The notes beneath the pieces are model-generated. The model was not told the DNA's origin, searched no databases, and saw nothing but the letters and a program-made list of their open reading frames with translations. Below, in pieces: positions 60,687-64,000 of a stretch of DNA of 64,000 nucleotides. Each line of letters opens with the position of its first letter. Position 1 is the stretch's first letter. The DNA is from Pelagomonas calceolata (taxonomy: Eukaryota), in NCBI GenBank assembly GCA_918797485.1, contig CAKKNE010000001.1:5394001-5458000 (forward strand). The letters run 5' to 3'. The position numbers were made by a program, and so were the translations under genes.

Positions 60687-61397
60687 TCACCGACACCAGT
60701 ACCCGTGCCGCGCCGCGTCCGCGTCGCGGTGCGCGTCGCAGCAGTACGTCACGTTGCGGCACCGCGCGCACCGCCTTTCGGCACACCCGACGCCGCAGAC
60801 GGCGCAGCGCGCGCGCGTGTTGAAGGAGAGCGGCTCCGGCACTAATGTATCATCCTCGGCGCGGAAACCGTTTGGTGTGGCGATTTTCGCCGACGGCGCG
60901 TCGAGCCGCGCCGCGAGGCACGCCAACCCAACTGAGCCTTCCGACGGACGGGCCTGGAGCCGCCCCCGCGCCGCCTTCTTCACCTCCCCCCGCGCGCGCT
61001 GCACGAGCAGATTCCACTCGTCCTCGGCGACGTCCCACGCGTCGTCGAGCTCCGTGACGGCCAAGAGCAGCGAAATAGCGTCGGCGTCGCCGTTTGACGC
61101 GTCCTCGACGGCAATATCCAGTAGAGTTCTTCCATCCTCTCGTTTTTTTCCGAAGTCGTCCGCGTGCTTGCCTGCGACGTCATCTAACAAATCCTCCAGC
61201 ACGTCGACCTCGCCGAAGATAATGCTTCGTAAAGCACGGCCCGCCAGCGCTCTTACGGTACTATCGCCGTGGGCCAGCGCGTGCAGGATCTCGGGCACGG
61301 AGCACTGCGGCACATTTACTTTATTGCGCTTCGCCCACCTAGTGTAGCCCAGCGCAAGCGCTATTGTTATTAGTGTGGCGACGACGCGCGGGTCCAT
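60687..61397 (-). CDS. MYND zinc-finger protein with an N-terminal TM helix
   Basis: CAVCG..RCARCRNVTYCCDAHRDADAARHGYWC. Confidence 0.78.
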   Translation of the reverse strand: MDPRVVATLITIALALGYTRWAKRNKVNVPQCSVPEILHALAHGDSTVRALAGRALRSIIFGEVDVLEDLLDDVAGKHADDFGKKREDGRTLLDIAVEDASNGDADAISLLLAVTELDDAWDVAEDEWNLLVQRARGEVKKAARGRLQARPSEGSVGLACLAARLDAPSAKIATPNGFRAEDDTLVPEPLSFNTRARCAVCGVGCAERRCARCRNVTYCCDAHRDADAARHGYWCR

Positions 61398-61914
61398 TTC
61401 TTTGGCACGGCTCGCGTCGAGGGCGTGCAGCCGCTATTTAGCAGTGGGCACTGTGTGCGGTCTGGTGCAGCGCGAGCGTATGTAGATGTGCCGTGCAGCG
61501 ACCGTAGCAATAGATGCTCACCTCTGAGCGTCCGTCCAGGGCCTGAAAAGGGCTTCGGGCTGCGGCAGCGCTCGATTTCGAAGCTGCAAAACCCGTATCA
61601 TACTGCCTCGATTTGCCGCATTGCTTGTGCGCTGCGGCAGGCGCAGTGGTTTGCGTGAGCGCGCTGCTACCGTTCGCATTCGTGCCGTCGAAGTGCATCT
61701 GCAATTCGTGGGACACATAGCTGCCGTCAAAGAGCTCCCAGTGTCGCCAGAGCAATCGGCAAGCGGCGACGCGACGCCGCATCACGCGCTTGTTCTGGCC
61801 GCATCGGTGGCGATTGTGTTGTGACAGTATCACTGCGGCAAGTGCAAAACCGCGCCCACCATCGTCAAGCGGTGACGGCGCGCTCGTGCCGCAGCGGTCG
61901 GGCAGTGCATAACA

Positions 61915-62493
61915 ATGGCCCGGGGCCGCGGCCGCGGCAGAGGCAAGTCAGCAGCAGCGCAATTAGGAAGAGAGATCGGCGAGGAGGTCGGTAGAGCAAG
62001 AGGCGACTCGGAGGCGGACCGGCCCGCGCCCGAGGCGCAGCCGCCGACGACAAAACCGTGGACGGACGACGACCGCGCGCTCGTGGATGATATGAGACGG
62101 TTAGCGCGCGCGCGACGGGCCCAACCCGACTTTTTGACCATGGAACGCGCGAGGCGAGCAAGACTGGGCCAGGCCGTCGACGACGCCGCGCCCTTGAATG
62201 ATGGCCTCCCGACGGACCCCGCCGCGCGGGCGTTGCTGCCGCCCGAGTTGCTTGGACATGCGCCGCGCCGGCCGCCGCCTGCGCCCCGACGGCCCGCCAA
62301 GAAGCGGCCGCGGTCCATGAGCGAGGCGGCGGTGTTTAGCGACCGGCTCGTGGCCCTCGACGAGGCGCAGCGCGAGGAGCCCGAGGAGGAGGAGCCGCCC
62401 GTCGAGGAGGACGAGCCCGACGACTACATGCGCGATTATTATGATGAGGACCAGGACCCGGTGGACGGCGACGGCGACGAGCAGGTGCTGTAG
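61915..62493 (+). CDS. RNA polymerase III subunit RPC7/Rpc31-like
   Basis: N-terminal RGRGRGRG, LPPELL, acidic tail with DY..YYD. Confidence 0.65.
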   Translation: MARGRGRGRGKSAAAQLGREIGEEVGRARGDSEADRPAPEAQPPTTKPWTDDDRALVDDMRRLARARRAQPDFLTMERARRARLGQAVDDAAPLNDGLPTDPAARALLPPELLGHAPRRPPPAPRRPAKKRPRSMSEAAVFSDRLVALDEAQREEPEEEEPPVEEDEPDDYMRDYYDEDQDPVDGDGDEQVL

Positions 62494-62524
62494 GCACGCC
62501 TAAAATGTGAGAACCTTCTCCTGC

Positions 62525-62559
62525 ACGCCGTCGACGCGACAGCCTCGCTTCGATGGCGT
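62525..62559. repeat. Degenerate solo introner core remnant
   Basis: acgccgtcgacgcgacagcctcgcttcgatggcgt resembles the reverse complement of the core. Confidence 0.6.
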
Positions 62560-62663
62560 CGGAGGCGAACGTGAGCAAACGAGTGTAAGCGATATGTCAT
62601 TTACCGACGGGAGGGGGTGGGAATGTGGGCACAGGCGTCTTCAGGCTTGGTCGTTCAACTGCT

Positions 62664-63746
62664 CTAGTACGAGTAGTTGGCGACGAAGGTCGACGCCGTC
62701 GCGGCGGCGCCGCCGGCGCCGCCCTTGTACGTGCCGAGGTTCGCCTCGCTGTTGGCCTTGGACCGGATCATGAGCTCCTTCTGGGCGGCCGCGATGTTCG
62801 CGTCGGAGCCCTTCCAGGCTTTGAGGACGGACTGCTGGAGCGCGCGGCCGTAGGAGAAGGTCAGCGACCAGGGCTTCTTGCCCGGGCAGACGTTCATGGC
62901 CTGGAGCGCGAGCGACGCGTCCTCCTCGGACATGCCACCGGACAGGAAGGTGATGCCGGGGACCGCCGGCGGCACCGTGCGGCTGAGGCAGCGGACCGTG
63001 CGCACGGCGACCTCGGTCATGTCGCACTTCGTGGCAGCACTCTCGCCACTGCGGACCATGTTGGGCTTGAGGAGCGTGCCCTCGAGCAGGACGTGGTGGT
63101 CCGACAGCTTCTTGTAGACGGCGGCCAGGACCTTCTCGCAGACCTTCTCGGCGTCTTCCGCCGAGTGGGGGCCGTCCATCAAGACCTCGGGCTCGACGAT
63201 GGGCACCAAACCATTGGCCTGGCAGATGGCCGCGTAGCGGGCCAGCGTCTCGGCGTTCTGGTCAATCGATAAGGGCGTGGGGCAGTGCGTCGCGGCGTCG
63301 ATCTTGAGCACCGCGCGCCACTTGGCGAATCTAGCACCTTGAGCATAGTACTTGGCGCATCTTTTGCCGAGGTCGTCGATGCCCTGGGTCACGGTCTCGC
63401 CGTTCGTGCCGAACAAGGGCTGGACGCCCTTGTCGACCTTAATGCCCGGGATGATGCCCTCCTTCTTGAGGAGGTCGACCATGGGCGTGCCGCACGTCGC
63501 GGTATCAAAAAGGGTCTCCTCGTAGGTGATGGCCCCCGAGATGTACTGGCCGAGGCCCTTGGTCTTGAAGAGGAGCTCGCGGTAGCGCACGCGGTTCGGC
63601 TGCGTGTTCTCGACGTTGATCGGCGCGAAGCGCTTGCCGATCGTGCCCGTCGACTCGTCGGCCGCGAGGATGCCCTTGCCCGGCGCCGCGATGGCGTTGG
63701 CCGTGGCGATGAGCTCGTCTTTGTAGGTGCCGGTGAAGGACGCCAT
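62664..63746 (-). CDS. FBA: Fructose-bisphosphate aldolase class I, cytosolic type
   Basis: [49 protein letters not shown]-terminal Tyr. Confidence 0.97.
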   Translation of the reverse strand: MASFTGTYKDELIATANAIAAPGKGILAADESTGTIGKRFAPINVENTQPNRVRYRELLFKTKGLGQYISGAITYEETLFDTATCGTPMVDLLKKEGIIPGIKVDKGVQPLFGTNGETVTQGIDDLGKRCAKYYAQGARFAKWRAVLKIDAATHCPTPLSIDQNAETLARYAAICQANGLVPIVEPEVLMDGPHSAEDAEKVCEKVLAAVYKKLSDHHVLLEGTLLKPNMVRSGESAATKCDMTEVAVRTVRCLSRTVPPAVPGITFLSGGMSEEDASLALQAMNVCPGKKPWSLTFSYGRALQQSVLKAWKGSDANIAAAQKELMIRSKANSEANLGTYKGGAGGAAATASTFVANYSY

Positions 63747-64000
63747 CTTGTTTTAACCTGCGGGGCGGTTTGCGTCGCTGCCAGCTTGCGTAGGGGGGGG
63801 GCGGCACGCCAACGACAGCGATGCAAGGGAAACCGGCGCGTCGGCGGTCCCGCGCCCGTCGCATATCAGCTTTTAGAAATTGGCTATTTTTGGCCACCAC
63901 GTAGTACCAACGTGCTTTTTTGGCGGCGGATCTCGCGCGCTGGCGTCCGCGCTGTGGCGCAGTGCTCTGGCTGCAACGGCTGTGTTATGCGACGCTGCTG

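Noticed and set aside
1..64000. Many long overlapping or antisense ORFs (e.g. 5273-6502, 5802-7016, 11565-12632, 20838-22151, 48746-50044)
   Set aside because: Arg/Ala/Pro-rich shadow frames of GC-rich genes, with no recognisable domains.

Overview
GC-rich, gene-dense eukaryotic nuclear DNA with about 40 protein genes and very short intergenic spacers. It is most consistent with a pelagophyte alga (Pelagomonas/Aureococcus-like); this is an inference from introner-type introns, bipartite plastid-targeting leaders, flagellar dynein p28 and a mastigoneme-type EGF protein. No rRNA, tRNA or CRISPR array was seen. Main signals: (1) an arsenite methyltransferase gene with an N-terminal thioredoxin-like domain, an in-frame UGA at the catalytic Cys position, a second UGA giving a possible C-terminal Sec-Gly, and a SECIS-like hairpin in the 3'UTR; (2) a bipartite motif, GCTAGCG-N2-4-GTAAGACACTAGC, in about 12 good copies, all in non-coding DNA upstream of genes; (3) nine introns, most derived from one TIR/8-bp-TSD DNA transposon family (introners) and showing a decay series, plus solo remnants; (4) a separate 397-bp hAT-like MITE; (5) several unusual fusions (ICT1/ArfB-E1 dehydrogenase, methyltransferase-LicD, ribokinase-sugar isomerase), an apparently inactive calpain, and small duplications, one of which frameshifts a gene. 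All product calls come from recognising motifs by eye; no database search was run.
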